Shown here: positions 46,692-57,606 of the stretch, one piece after another
How positions within the stretch are numbered: the stretch's first letter is position 1
Layout: every line of letters begins with the position of its first letter
Assembly (NCBI GenBank): GCA_964606695.1
Contig: CAZSHG010000004.1
Location: 97,725-161,724 of the forward strand
Origin: an uncultured bacterium
GTDB taxonomy: Bacteria > UBP14 > UBA6098
Reading direction: 5' to 3'
Length of the DNA: 64,000 bases
Notes under the pieces: model-generated
What the model saw: only the letters and a program-made list of their open reading frames with translations
Told to the model about the DNA's origin: nothing
Databases searched by the model: none
Program-made: the position numbers and the translations under genes

Positions 46692-48950
46692 TCGCTCCTT
46701 ATAAGAGCGACTTTGCCACGCGATACGACCTCGCCGTTATTGGCCACAACCACGTAAACGCCACTGGCTACTGCTTCACCTGCTTCGTTTCTACCGTCCC
46801 ATTCGGCATAGGCGAGTGAAACGCGTTCATCCGTTTCAATGGTCCTCACGAGAGAACCGTCCGGTGAATATATATAGACTTCGGCGTCAGAAGGAATTTG
46901 CGCTATTCTGACGTAATTACCGGCGAAACCGTCCCATATATAGGGATTGGGATATACGAGCAACTCCTGCCCCTGGTCGAATACACTTCCAATATGGAAG
47001 ACGCTGATTGCGTTCTCTCCGCAGAACCAGACATCGCCGGTAACGGGATTATATGCCGTGGCGTATAGTAGTTCTACAGCGAGATCGGTTCGTTCGTAAT
47101 CGTAAACGTCCTGGGCGAATTCGGTTCTAATCGCAATCCAGGTGCTATCCGCCCTCCTGAAAACGCCGGCACCGTTATCCGTCGATACCCATACGTTGTC
47201 GTCGTCATCTACGGAAACACCGCTGACAAAAGTAGAAAGATGTTCCGGCAAGACCTGCTCCGTAACCAGCCCCAGATATGGTTCGATAGAGACTACCCCG
47301 CCGGAAACTGCTACCCACGATATTCCTTCCGAATCCACGGCCACGCGATTGGCCATAGCTCCGGGGAGTCCGTCGGAATAGTTATGGACAAAATCGTCCG
47401 AATAGCTATAGATATCGTATCCCGGATCTATCAGGGTAACGCCCTCGTCTCTGAGAACCAGCCATATATCGCCGCCGGAAGCGGTTAACGACATTACATA
47501 ATTGTTCGGCATGGAAGCGGTTCCGGTATAATATTCCGCAATAGGCGAGGTAAGATCGTCACCGGGGTTGAAAGCCGCCGCTGAAAGCCCGCTGAGGTTA
47601 TCGTAGTTCGATATCCACATCAAATCGCGGGTTTCGTCGTAATCGAGCCCCCAACACAGCGGTGCGTCCGGATTCGCGGAGTATCCGTCGAGGATACTGT
47701 TAGTCTTATCGAAGATATCCCATCCTCCGGTTTCTGAATATCTAAACACTCCGTCGCCGGTCATCCCCAACCAGATGTTGCCGTTACCGTCGTATGCGCA
47801 CCTGTAAACGTGATGGATATTACTTCGCACCTGGGAATATACCGAATCGTCGTAGTCATAAGGCATATATTTCGCGGTGATATTTTCCCACTCGCCATCG
47901 CTGTAAACGCAAGCGCCCTGAGCATTACTAACTACCAAAACGTCTCCGTTCGGGGCAATCGCGATATCTTTGAATGCCTCTCCGCTGGGGCTGTTAACCG
48001 TTCTGTGCCGGACGGTATCCTGGCGAAGAACTCCAAAACCTATTTCCATGGCAAGATAAAGCGAATCTCCGACGGCAGAGCCTCCGTGAATCGCCCAATG
48101 TTCATCCAGGCGAACCCGAACGAAATCGTCCGGGGCGGCCATTTTGAACAGGCCGTCGTGGCCGTGCGCGTATAACTCGCCGTCGTAATAGAATATACCG
48201 TCGAGTCTCCTGCTCAACATGAATGAATCTTCAACGGTATCGACGACCTCGCCGTCGAAATAAAAAATGACCGGCACATCGTCCGCATCGTCGAGGACAA
48301 ACCAAACTCCGCCGGAATCGGCGAAAACATCGATAACAGCGCGATTAGTGGAGTCAATCGACCAGGCTTCCGGAACGAAGAGGTTACCGTCGAGGGCACC
48401 ATAAGCCAATCCGATATCCGTAGCGAGCCACAAAATCGAGTCTCCGGCGGAAACCGCATTTACGGGGTAATTTCTATCCAGTTCGCTGATTTTGTTGAAA
48501 TTTTCCGCGACTTCGAGGACCTGATTGCCGTATAACGGCCTGAGCTTGCTAACTCCCTGAATTGTAGCGACATATAGATAATCGCCGCCGACGGTGATGT
48601 CGTTGATGCCTACGTTATCCCGGAGCAGGTCCGGGAATATTTCCCACGAATCTCCTTTCAGCCTTCCAAGCGCGCCGTTGGAAGCGGCGTAATAAAGATC
48701 GCCCTCGTATTCTATAAGACCGCATACATCGAGGCCTCCAAGCCCGTGGACATTGGTCATGATTTCCCAATCCTCCGAGGGTTGACCGGGGATATATTTG
48801 ATTATACCCCCGCGCGTTCCGACGTAAAGAACGTCGTCGAAGCCTACGGTGCAGTTAGCGTAATTGGCGTCGCCGAAAGTCTCCCATGTTCCCGGAACCC
48901 GGGCGATTATAAGAGATATTGCGAGCAGGATTATTAGCTTGTATTTCACA
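46688..48950 (-). CDS. Secreted beta-propeller-repeat protein with a C-terminal T9SS-type sorting domain. The likely start is GTG at 48950 (GTGA overlap with the lnt stop); the ORF track extends it to 49018.
   Basis: Repeated about 40-50-aa units rich in W/Y/G/D, consistent with a propeller. Signal peptide after the GTG start (KYKLIILLAISLIIA). C-terminus VYPNPY ... GVYVVVANNGEVVSRGKVALIRSD, T9SS CTD-like. Confidence 0.5.
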
Positions 48951-50427
48951 GTTTTAGCAATAGTCCGGTTAAAATCAGAATCAGCGGAGAAGCAAAAAAG
49001 CTGCCATAACCCACCCAATCTCCAATTCTGGTAAAAATAGTCGTGTGCGACCTGACGGGAATATCACCGACGATTACGCCTTTCGTGTTAAGGGAAAGTT
49101 TCCGTGTGAATCTTCCCGTTTCGTCGCATATCAGCGATATACCGGTCTGAGCGGCGCGTCCCACGCCTAACCTGTTCTCGACCGCCCTGAATCGGACAAA
49201 ATTAGCGTGTTGATAGGGGCCTGGTGTCCTCCCGAACCATCCATCATTTGTGATATTAGTAAGGAATTCCGCGCCGGATAGCGCGTAATCACGAACCGTG
49301 TTACTAAACAAGATTTCGTAACATATAGGCGCGGAGAATTTCATGCCGTCGATATCGAACACGACCGCGGAATCTCCCATAGCGAAATGGCTCCCCCCGA
49401 CTTCGATTTTCCGGAGCGCTGGAATTTGATCCTGAAAGGGTATGTGTTCGCTTCCGGGCACGAGGTTAATTTTGTGATACACGGCCATAGCGCCCTCGCC
49501 TGTAAATAGCCCGGAAGCGTTGTAATACAGGCGTTTTCTATCGGCGGGATCGTAATCCAGAGTGCCGCTGAGAATGGGAGCGTCAACCTGCACCGATAGT
49601 TTCTTCAGTTTATCTACGACGAACGGGTAATCGCGATGATAATAGGCCGTGGCGGATTCCGGCAGGATTAACAGGTCGATATCGTCGGCGATGTCGCGTG
49701 CCATTTCGGCGTAGTAGTCGATATTTTTCCGCCGGAATGTCCTTTCCCATTTATTTTCCGCACTTATATTCCCCTGCAATAACGCTACTTTGATTTTCTC
49801 CGAAGGCAACGGCTGTGAAAGACGCCATAGGCCGTAAACGAAAGGCAATGTAAAGATAATCGCCAGAGCGAGAATATAAATCCACCGTCTTTTTTTCGCT
49901 ATTATTATGCCTATAATCAGGGAATTCAAGGCCACGATCCAGAAGCTGATTCCCCGATGCCCCACTACATCCGCCATCTGGATAATAATCCGGTAAACTC
50001 CCTGCGAATACCCGAGGTCCATCCAGGGGAAACCGAGCTGACCGTAGCCTCGAAGGAATTCCATACCCGTCCATAAAATGGGAGAAGCGGCGAGGGCGAT
50101 AGTATAACTGCGGCGCTCTAAAAAACAAAAACCCAGCCCGAAAAAACCGTTATATAGCGACGCAATTACAACGGCGGCTATCATGCCGGGGAGGGTTGGA
50201 ATAGCAATCCAGTATAACGAAATGAGATTCGACGTAAATCCCCAGAGGTAGCCAAGTAAAAACGCTCCACGACAGCTTTTGCCTTTCAAGGAGATGAAAA
50301 GCGGAACGAGGCAAAACCAGGCTAAAAACGATGTGTAATGCGGCGGTTGCGATGCCGAGAAAAAAACTCCACCGATTATCGCGTAGAGAATATCGTTTTT
50401 CGATATTCGCGTCCGAGGATCTTTCAA
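48946..50427 (-). CDS. lnt: Apolipoprotein N-acyltransferase.
   Basis: N-terminal polytopic membrane domain plus C-terminal CN-hydrolase domain (VALLQGNI ... PESA ... APICYEILF). 493 aa. Confidence 0.85.
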   Translation of the reverse strand: MKDPRTRISKNDILYAIIGGVFFSASQPPHYTSFLAWFCLVPLFISLKGKSCRGAFLLGYLWGFTSNLISLYWIAIPTLPGMIAAVVIASLYNGFFGLGFCFLERRSYTIALAASPILWTGMEFLRGYGQLGFPWMDLGYSQGVYRIIIQMADVVGHRGISFWIVALNSLIIGIIIAKKRRWIYILALAIIFTLPFVYGLWRLSQPLPSEKIKVALLQGNISAENKWERTFRRKNIDYYAEMARDIADDIDLLILPESATAYYHRDYPFVVDKLKKLSVQVDAPILSGTLDYDPADRKRLYYNASGLFTGEGAMAVYHKINLVPGSEHIPFQDQIPALRKIEVGGSHFAMGDSAVVFDIDGMKFSAPICYEILFSNTVRDYALSGAEFLTNITNDGWFGRTPGPYQHANFVRFRAVENRLGVGRAAQTGISLICDETGRFTRKLSLNTKGVIVGDIPVRSHTTIFTRIGDWVGYGSFFASPLILILTGLLLKL

Positions 50428-51464
50428 AGGTTCTTTCCCCTCAAAATCACGTTTCTATTTCCTTTGATTATCTCCCCGCAAACAACCGCTGAAACATCGT
50501 TCTGCGCCAGCGTTTCGACAGCACCAACGGAATCTTCCCCTTCGACGGCAATTACGTAACCGGCTCCCATATTGAATACGTCGAACATCTCGTCCATCTC
50601 GATTTCGCCTTCGCGACGGATTAATTCAAAAATTGGCGGCGCGGGTAGAGTCGAGACATCGAAGATAGCGTCACAATTACCCGGTAATATCCTCCTGAAA
50701 TTGCCACGCAATCCCCCGCCGGTGATATGCGCCATCCCTTTTATCTCGAAATTCGGCATCAATTTTTCAATTGGGCGAAGATAGCTCGGGTGAATTGCCA
50801 GTAACGCTTCGCCGATGGATTTGCCATCCAGGATTTCCGGCCTGTCGTCTATTTTGAATCGTCCATCGTCCAGGAGGACCTTTCGCGCCAACGAATAGCC
50901 GTTAGTCTGGAGCCCGTTGCTCAGGAGGGCAATTAGTTTATTTCCGGGAGTAATGTTATCACCGGTAATCAGTTCATCTTCGAAAGCCGTTCCCACGATG
51001 AATCCCACCAGATCGAATTCGCCCGGATTATATATCCCCGGCATCTGAGCCGTTTCGCCGCCGATAAGGGATACTCCGTTCGCGCTACAAGCTATACTCA
51101 AACCTTCGACTATTTTCGTTATACCGTCCGGTTCGATGTCCGAATAGCCTACGTAATCCAGAAAGAACAGGGGTTTTGCGCCGAGTGTCAGGATGTCGTT
51201 TACGCAATGGTTAACCAGGTCCTGTCCAACGGTATTGAGGACATTCATGGCGGAAGCTACCTTTAGCTTAGTTCCGACGCCGTCGGCAGAAGCAAGAAGC
51301 AGGCTTCTCGTTTCGGAGGGGAATCTATATACCCCTCCAAAAGCCCCTATTTCACTCGTGACGTTGGCGGAGAAAGTCGATTTAGCCAGTTCCGCGATTT
51401 TTTTTGTGGCGATTTCGGCGGAATCGAGATCGACTCCGGCGGATTTGTATGCTTTTCCGCTCAT
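50424..51464 (-). CDS. purM: Phosphoribosylformylglycinamidine cyclo-ligase (AIR synthetase).
   Basis: MSGKAYKSAGVDLDSAE ... GGFGGVY-like N-terminus and the PurM fold throughout. 346 aa. Confidence 0.9.
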   Translation of the reverse strand: MSGKAYKSAGVDLDSAEIATKKIAELAKSTFSANVTSEIGAFGGVYRFPSETRSLLLASADGVGTKLKVASAMNVLNTVGQDLVNHCVNDILTLGAKPLFFLDYVGYSDIEPDGITKIVEGLSIACSANGVSLIGGETAQMPGIYNPGEFDLVGFIVGTAFEDELITGDNITPGNKLIALLSNGLQTNGYSLARKVLLDDGRFKIDDRPEILDGKSIGEALLAIHPSYLRPIEKLMPNFEIKGMAHITGGGLRGNFRRILPGNCDAIFDVSTLPAPPIFELIRREGEIEMDEMFDVFNMGAGYVIAVEGEDSVGAVETLAQNDVSAVVCGEIIKGNRNVILRGKNL

Positions 51465-52126
51465 GCCAGTTTTACTCCGTTTATAACAAGTTCGAATTTC
51501 GCTTCAAAATGAAGCGCCGCCATCTGACAGGCGTTCATACGTTTGAGGAAAATCTCGAAATACTCCATGACAGTGGATACTTCCGGATCGACTATTATAT
51601 CGATTCCGATAATTTGTCCTTCTTTACCGATGTATAATTCGCTTTTTTTCGCGGCAAAATTCACGCGGTCGTGTATATCGCCGACGATATCCCCCGAAGC
51701 TCTAACTCGTGATTCCCTGACATCGGATTTATCCGCGAGTATAAGTCCTGCTGTGATATCCGATACGGGGTCCCCCTCGCCCTCGTGATGATTGCCTATT
51801 GCGGCAATTACCTCGTGGACTTCGTGCATGGGCATGCCAAGACGCAACAATATAGGTTTAGCGAGCAATGCCCCGTGCATAGCGTGATGTCTTCGATTTA
51901 TAGTATTTCCGATGTCGTGGATCAGACCCGCGATGGCGCAGAGTTCCGCCACTCTCGGTTCTCGTCCTAATTGAAGCAGAAGTTCCCTCGCCCTCGACGC
52001 TACGACCTCCGTATGACTGAAACCGTGATCCGTATATCCTACCTTTTCGAGGTTGCGGTTCGACGTCTCAACGAGGTCTATTATCTCGGGATCGTTTCGA
52101 ATAATTTCTATATTCACTTCCAACAT
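51461..52126 (-). CDS. HD-domain phosphohydrolase. The likely start is MLEVNIEI at 52126, preceded by GGAGG; the ORF track extends it to 52237.
   Basis: HD motif (GLIHDIGNTINRRHHAMHGA) and HxxEG motifs. Confidence 0.7.
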   Translation of the reverse strand: MLEVNIEIIRNDPEIIDLVETSNRNLEKVGYTDHGFSHTEVVASRARELLLQLGREPRVAELCAIAGLIHDIGNTINRRHHAMHGALLAKPILLRLGMPMHEVHEVIAAIGNHHEGEGDPVSDITAGLILADKSDVRESRVRASGDIVGDIHDRVNFAAKKSELYIGKEGQIIGIDIIVDPEVSTVMEYFEIFLKRMNACQMAALHFEAKFELVINGVKLA

Positions 52127-52277
52127 CTTACCTCCATTTTTTCCTATCTTCCGAAATATATAATCGACCGGCCATAAGTCAAGGTAAAGGCAACATGTAT
52201 TTTCAGAAGGATAAAGATTCTCAATATACACAAGCACGGGTTGACAAATCGGGTTTTGGGGTATTTATTTCGTTATT

Positions 52278-53342
52278 ATGACGCGAGTTTTATTTATAGA
52301 GCCTTATTACGGCGACAGTCATGCACACCTCGTGGATGGTTTGATGAAAAGGCTTCCATGCGAGTGCGAACTACTCAGTATGTCGCCCCGTAAGTGGAAA
52401 TGGCGGATGCGCGGCGGCACTATTTATCTGGCGAAAGAAGCGGGGAAGATCGCTCCGTGCGATATAATCTTCGCCGGTGATTTTCTCGATCTGCCCGTTT
52501 TTCTTGCTCTCGGGCCAAAATGGCTTTCCAACTGCCGTAAAATTGTCTATTTTCATGAAAACCAGCTTACATATCCGGTCCAGGTCGAGGACGAACGAGA
52601 TTTCCATTTTGGCCTTACGAACGTAACGACGGCGCTGACCGCGGATAGAATCGCTTTTAACAGCGAATTCCATCGAAGGGAATTTATCGAGGCAATAGGT
52701 GAATTTATAAAGAAATTCCCGGATTATCGTCCAAAGGACGTCGGAAAGGAAATTAAACTTAGATCGTCGATAAATCCGATTCCTCTCGATATACAGAATA
52801 TCCCCCGGAAAATAAATAGAACCGGTCGGCTTCGTATCCTCTGGAACCAGCGATGGGAATTCGATAAAGCGCCTGAGACGTTGTTTGAGATTTTGTTTTC
52901 GCTGGTCGATGCCGGAGTTGAATTCGAGATTGTAGTTGCCGGGGAGGTTTTTAAGGATTATCCGGAGATATTCGACGTTGCCGAAGGAAGGTTACGGAGC
53001 AGGATTGTGTCCTGGGGATATATCGAAAATAGGCGGAAATACCTGGAGACTTTAGCCGACTGCGACGTAGTGGTTTCCACCGCTATTCACGAATTTTTTG
53101 GGATAGCCGTAGCGGAAGCTGTAGCGGCTGGATGTCGCCCGCTACTACCGAGAAGACTCGCCTACACCGACATTTATCCCGATGAATTCCTATATTCCGA
53201 CGAGGACGATTTTCAGGAACAGCTTCGGAAAATGGCGACTTGCCCGGAGATACTGAGAAATGACGATTACAGGAAATTAGTAGAACACCTCGATTGGCGG
53301 GAACAAATTCAGCTTTATGAGGATCTCATATTGAATTGGTAA
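52278..53342 (+). CDS. Glycosyltransferase, GT4-like / DUF3524 family.
   Basis: 354 aa. N-terminal DUF3524-like region (LFIEPYYGDSHAHLVDGL) plus C-terminal GT-B motifs (EFFGIAVAEAVAAGCRPLLP). Confidence 0.5.
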   Translation: MTRVLFIEPYYGDSHAHLVDGLMKRLPCECELLSMSPRKWKWRMRGGTIYLAKEAGKIAPCDIIFAGDFLDLPVFLALGPKWLSNCRKIVYFHENQLTYPVQVEDERDFHFGLTNVTTALTADRIAFNSEFHRREFIEAIGEFIKKFPDYRPKDVGKEIKLRSSINPIPLDIQNIPRKINRTGRLRILWNQRWEFDKAPETLFEILFSLVDAGVEFEIVVAGEVFKDYPEIFDVAEGRLRSRIVSWGYIENRRKYLETLADCDVVVSTAIHEFFGIAVAEAVAAGCRPLLPRRLAYTDIYPDEFLYSDEDDFQEQLRKMATCPEILRNDDYRKLVEHLDWREQIQLYEDLILNW

Positions 53343-53358
53343 TTCAGGAAGTAAATTC

Positions 53359-54000
53359 TTATTTCCTGGATAGGCCTTCGAAGACTATATCGAGTATGCC
53401 GTTTGCGTGTTCCTCCAGCGATTTCCGGCTCTCGCCGTCAATGCCGTAATAATCGCCCATCGCGGGACTCACGGTAGCCTGTTGAAATCCCGTTATCAGG
53501 ACGACGAGCTCGAACACGACCATATCCATATCAATATCCGCCCTGATTTCGCCTCGTTGCTGAGCCTTTTTTATTATTTCCCTCATATAATTCAACGAAG
53601 GTTCGGTCATAATACGGCTTATCTCGTTATCGAAGGGTATGCTTGTATCACCGACCATAGCGAAATAAAAATGCACCTGCGCCGGATAATTTTCCTGGAA
53701 TTCCCGGAAGAATAACATGGTGCGCAATAGGGTCTCGCGGAAAGGCTGTTTTGCGACATTGCCCACAAATTCCGCCCGATGGGACATATAGGATTCTTTG
53801 ACGTAGGAAACGAGGTATAGGTAGAAGTCTTTTTTGTCGTCGAAATATTGATAAATACTGCCTTTAGCGATATCGGCACGGTCAACTATCGAGTTTATGC
53901 TGGTCTGCGCGTAACCGTTCGCCGCGAATTCCTCTATCGCCGCGTCGATAATTTTTTTCCGTTTCTCATCTGGCAAGTTGAAAAATGTTTGTTTAGGCAT
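53359..54000 (-). CDS. TetR/AcrR family transcriptional regulator.
   Basis: N-terminal HTH (YAQTSINSIVDRADIAKGSIYQYFDDKKDFYLYLV). Confidence 0.8.
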   Translation of the reverse strand: MPKQTFFNLPDEKRKKIIDAAIEEFAANGYAQTSINSIVDRADIAKGSIYQYFDDKKDFYLYLVSYVKESYMSHRAEFVGNVAKQPFRETLLRTMLFFREFQENYPAQVHFYFAMVGDTSIPFDNEISRIMTEPSLNYMREIIKKAQQRGEIRADIDMDMVVFELVVLITGFQQATVSPAMGDYYGIDGESRKSLEEHANGILDIVFEGLSRK

Positions 54001-54113
54001 TATATTCGGTTTCGTTTAGTTTATTCTTTTCTATTTTAAGTTCGTGAATTTACTCAATTGGCGGTTCAAGTCAAGGTTTTTTTGAGTTATTGCATATATG
54101 ACCGGGCGGAAAT

Positions 54114-54860
54114 ATGGGATTCGACAGCATCGAGAACGCGGTGAATAATAATCCCGATTTGCTATATAGGCTTCTTCGGGATGAGACCGTCGATATTCGG
54201 CTTATCGCTTTCGACACTTTTTTGAGACTTCTCAACAGGGAAGATTCGAGTGCAAAAAAGGTCTTTTCGGATATTCTGACCGTCATCCGCGTGGAGCTGA
54301 TACCCAACCTATCGGACGAGTCCGACCTGGACAAACGTGGCGGGTTGATCCACGTTCTCGATGGGATTCAGGGACTTTGTTGTTCGACGTTCAACGGCGG
54401 GAATTTCGTGCCGTTTATAGATACCTGTTTCGAATTGACAAAACACCCGTTCCCAAAGGTCAAGGCCTCCGCCCTACGAACACTGGGGAAACTCTTCATG
54501 CGGAATCCCGACGAACTCGACGATACGCGGGCAAATAAGATGTTACGCTTCTTCAGTTCCAACGAAGGCGTAGTTCGCACTGCGGCGGTGGGAGCCTGGA
54601 GCGATCTGTCGATTTCTGCTGTAGAAAAGGCGGTCGAGGCAATCAGCCCAATATATCGGCTTCTTCAGGATGATGACGCCGAAGTTCGCGCGGAAGCGGC
54701 GGGGTTCTTCCATAGCCTGGCCGATGCCGGTTGCGACCAGTGCGCGGTGGCACTCCCCCTACTAAGGCAAATTAAGAATTCCGATACGGATGATTTCCCA
54801 CGGGAAAGGGCGGGTGCCGCAGTGCAGGCTATCAATAATTCACTCGGTAAATTAATCTGA
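54114..54860 (+). CDS. HEAT / PBS-lyase-type repeat protein.
   Basis: Recurrent about 30-aa helical repeats with ...VR..A..AL... periodicity (RLIAFDTFLRLL ..., SALRTLGKLF ..., VRTAAVGAWSDL ..., VRAEAAGFFHSL ...). Confidence 0.55.
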   Translation: MGFDSIENAVNNNPDLLYRLLRDETVDIRLIAFDTFLRLLNREDSSAKKVFSDILTVIRVELIPNLSDESDLDKRGGLIHVLDGIQGLCCSTFNGGNFVPFIDTCFELTKHPFPKVKASALRTLGKLFMRNPDELDDTRANKMLRFFSSNEGVVRTAAVGAWSDLSISAVEKAVEAISPIYRLLQDDDAEVRAEAAGFFHSLADAGCDQCAVALPLLRQIKNSDTDDFPRERAGAAVQAINNSLGKLI

Positions 54861-54905
54861 GATAATTTCGCTTTCGTAACGGTCGATTCTCACTAAATTC
54901 TACTT

Positions 54906-55619
54906 ATGCGTAATAAATTCAAATCGCTACATGCAGTCCTGAATACGCTCGGTTCGATTCTCGTCGCGTTGAGCTGGGTAATACTCATATCTACCGTTAT
55001 AGTTTTATTTCACAATGAGACTGTATTATATCATTATAGAACTTTGATAGCGTTCATATTTTCCGCGGCGATAGCACTTATTATCGGATTGCTTTTGAAG
55101 ACTTTTTCCCGCAAAGTGGGATTAAACCTCGTTCACGCGATGTTGGTTTGCAGTATCAGCTGGCTGGTTTGTTCTATAATCGGTGCCGTTCCTGTTATGA
55201 TTATCGTCTGTCTCGCGACGGCCCGAAAGCGCCTTTCGATAACGTCGAAATGCTTTACTGGCGGGGTTTGTAGAAAGGCTTGTGAAGGCTAGTTAATGCC
55301 AACCGACGGCTACGCTCTCAGCCATCAGGGCGTTCTGAAACAACTGGAGTATAATTTTTGGGCGATTCTCTTTCAGGTCATGTCGATTCTCACCACAACC
55401 GGTTTCGGGACATCGGATATTGGAGGACCTTTTTTCGGTTATGTCGCGAAGCAATTGTTTCTTATAATGATGGTAATCGGAGGTTGTATCGGTTCCACCG
55501 GCGGCGGGATAAAGGTCTTGCGGGTGGCCATTCTTATCCGCATTTTAGAGCGCGATTTCGTGCCGGGTTCCGAGCTTATGGAAAGTTTCAAGCTGATTAT
55601 GGAGAGGGAGTCGGGTTGA
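54906..55619 (+). pseudogene. TrkH/KtrB-family K+ transporter remnant. Two collinear ORFs are separated by a single in-frame TAG at 55293-55295, and the total length is less than half of a normal TrkH.
   Basis: The second ORF carries the diagnostic TrkH segment SILTTTGFGTSD ... IGGCIGSTGGGIKVLRV. The first ORF is in the same reading frame (54906 plus 3x129 gives 55293). Confidence 0.45.
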
Positions 55620-55679
55620 GATAGCACAATCCGTGCTTGACATTTGGGGTGTTTATAAATAATTTACAAGGTTGTATTT

Positions 55680-55753
55680 CGGGGCGTGGCGCAGCCTGGT
55701 AGCGCGCCTGCTTTGGGAGCAGGAAGTCGTAGGTTCAAATCCTATCGCCCCGA
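55680..55753 (+). tRNA. tRNA-Pro (anticodon UGG).
   Basis: Manual cloverleaf. Acceptor stem CGGGGCG/CGCCCCG with the C1:G72 pair typical of bacterial tRNA-Pro. D-arm GCGC-AGCCTGGTA-GCGC. Anticodon arm CCTGC-TTTGGGA-GCAGG with anticodon TGG at 55714-55716. T-arm GTAGG-TTCAAAT-CCTAT. Discriminator A; CCA not encoded. Confidence 0.9.
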
Positions 55754-55830
55754 TGTTTTGATGCAATCAACCTAACTTGAAATTACTTTATATTGGATTT
55801 AATATTTAGAATCGAAAACGAAGGATACGG

Positions 55831-57186
55831 ATGTCGAAATCTAAGGATATTATGAAAGAAATCACCGCGCTGACCAAGAGACGCGGTTTTATTTTCCAAT
55901 CGAGCGAGATATATGGCGGCGTGGCATCGACATACGATTACGGCTCGCTGGGAGTCGAATTGAAACGAAACGTGAAAGAACTCTGGTGGCGCGAGATGGT
56001 GCAACTCAGGTCGGATATCGAAGGCATCGATTCTGCGATTATAATGCATCCCGAGGTTTGGGTTGCAAGCGGCCATGTAGATGAATTCGTCGATCCGCTG
56101 GTCGAATGCAAGCAATGTCACCATCGTTTCAAGGCGGACGATCTCGACAATCCCGTCCAATGTCCCGATTGCGGCACGCGCGATAGTTTCACCGAGCCGA
56201 GGTTGTTTCACCTTATGTTCCAGACTTATATGGGGCCGGTTCAATCCGAGGATAATATCGCCTATCTCCGTCCAGAAACCGCGCAGGGAATATATGTAAA
56301 TTACGAAAACGTCCGCACGCCAGCGCGGCAAAAAGTCCCATTCGGCATCGCGCAAATAGGCAAGGCTTTCCGCAACGAGATTACTCCCGGCAACTTCACG
56401 TTCCGAACCAGGGAATTCGAACAAATGGAGATGCAGTATTTCGTCCATCCGAAAGAAGCCGATAAATGGTTCGAGCATTGGAAAGAAGAGCGCCGGAAAT
56501 GGTATATGGGGTTGGGTTTCAAGATGGAGAATCTTCATTTTCATGAACATGAGAAGCTGGCTCATTACGCCAAAGCGGCTGTAGATATCGAATACGATTT
56601 TCCTTTCGGAAGAAGCGAACTCGAAGGTATCCACAATCGGGGCGATTTCGATTTAACACACCATCAGGAACATTCCGGCAAGAGCATGGAGTATTTCGAC
56701 CAGGCCAACGATGAACGGTATATCCCATATATAATCGAGACCTCTGGCGGCGTGGACAGGTGTATCCTCGCCCTACTTATCGACGCTTACGAGGAGGAAC
56801 CGGAACCGGATGATCCCAACAAAACCCGCACGGTATTGAAATTCCATCCGAAGGTAGCGCCGGTGAAGGTCGGCATATTCCCGCTTGTTAAACGTGAAGG
56901 GATGCCGGAAATAGCCCGCGAAATAGAAGCCGATCTTCGGAAACACTTTATGGTGTTTTACGACGACGGCGGTTCAATTGGCAGGCGTTATCGAAGGCAG
57001 GACGAAGCGGGAACGCCTTTCTGTGTTACCGTCGATGGGCAAACTCTCGAGGACCGCACAGTAACCATTCGTGAAAGGGATACGATGGTGCAGGTTCGCG
57101 TAAATATCGACGATATCCCGAAAATGGTTAGAGAATATATCGAAACCTGGGAACGAAACAAGGGACTTGCCGTAGAAAATGCTTAA
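55831..57186 (+). CDS. glyQS: Glycine--tRNA ligase (class II, homodimeric GlyQS type).
   Basis: 451 aa. N-terminal hallmark ...RRGFIFQSSEIYGGVASTYDYGSLGVELKRN..., class II motifs (FRNEITPGNFTFRTREFEQMEM), C-terminal anticodon-binding domain. Confidence 0.9.
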   Translation: MSKSKDIMKEITALTKRRGFIFQSSEIYGGVASTYDYGSLGVELKRNVKELWWREMVQLRSDIEGIDSAIIMHPEVWVASGHVDEFVDPLVECKQCHHRFKADDLDNPVQCPDCGTRDSFTEPRLFHLMFQTYMGPVQSEDNIAYLRPETAQGIYVNYENVRTPARQKVPFGIAQIGKAFRNEITPGNFTFRTREFEQMEMQYFVHPKEADKWFEHWKEERRKWYMGLGFKMENLHFHEHEKLAHYAKAAVDIEYDFPFGRSELEGIHNRGDFDLTHHQEHSGKSMEYFDQANDERYIPYIIETSGGVDRCILALLIDAYEEEPEPDDPNKTRTVLKFHPKVAPVKVGIFPLVKREGMPEIAREIEADLRKHFMVFYDDGGSIGRRYRRQDEAGTPFCVTVDGQTLEDRTVTIRERDTMVQVRVNIDDIPKMVREYIETWERNKGLAVENA

Positions 57187-57275
57187 TCATAGGGGCAACA
57201 CGGTTTCCCGATAAATAAAAATACCGTTTGCGCAAAGCTTATTTTGATATTAAATTGAATTGATGAGGTAATGTT

Positions 57276-57560
57276 ATGATAACATGGGCATTAATAATAT
57301 TTATTCTCGACGCGATACTTTACTATAGCCTCGTTTCCGGGAAATGTGGGCAACAGTGTTCTCTGTTTTTTTGTATCGGTATCGCGGTTGCGGCCCTCGG
57401 TATCCTCATCAGGACTTTTGTCAAGATTCGCGCGGGACGTTTCGAGCAAATGGATAAAGAATTACGGCGGATGAAAGATGATAACAAAGAGTTATTGGAA
57501 AGGATCTCGAACATCCGCGAACAACAGATAATAGACCGCACCGACAAAGACCTTATCTAA
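57276..57560 (+). CDS. Hypothetical small membrane protein with a C-terminal coiled-coil (94 aa).
   Basis: Two N-terminal TM segments followed by a charged helical tail (MDKELRRMKDDNKELLERISNIREQQIIDR). Confidence 0.35.
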   Translation: MITWALIIFILDAILYYSLVSGKCGQQCSLFFCIGIAVAALGILIRTFVKIRAGRFEQMDKELRRMKDDNKELLERISNIREQQIIDRTDKDLI

Positions 57561-57606
57561 AATCAATAAAAAATATTTTCAGGAATCCTGTCTTCGCGAA
57601 CTACTT

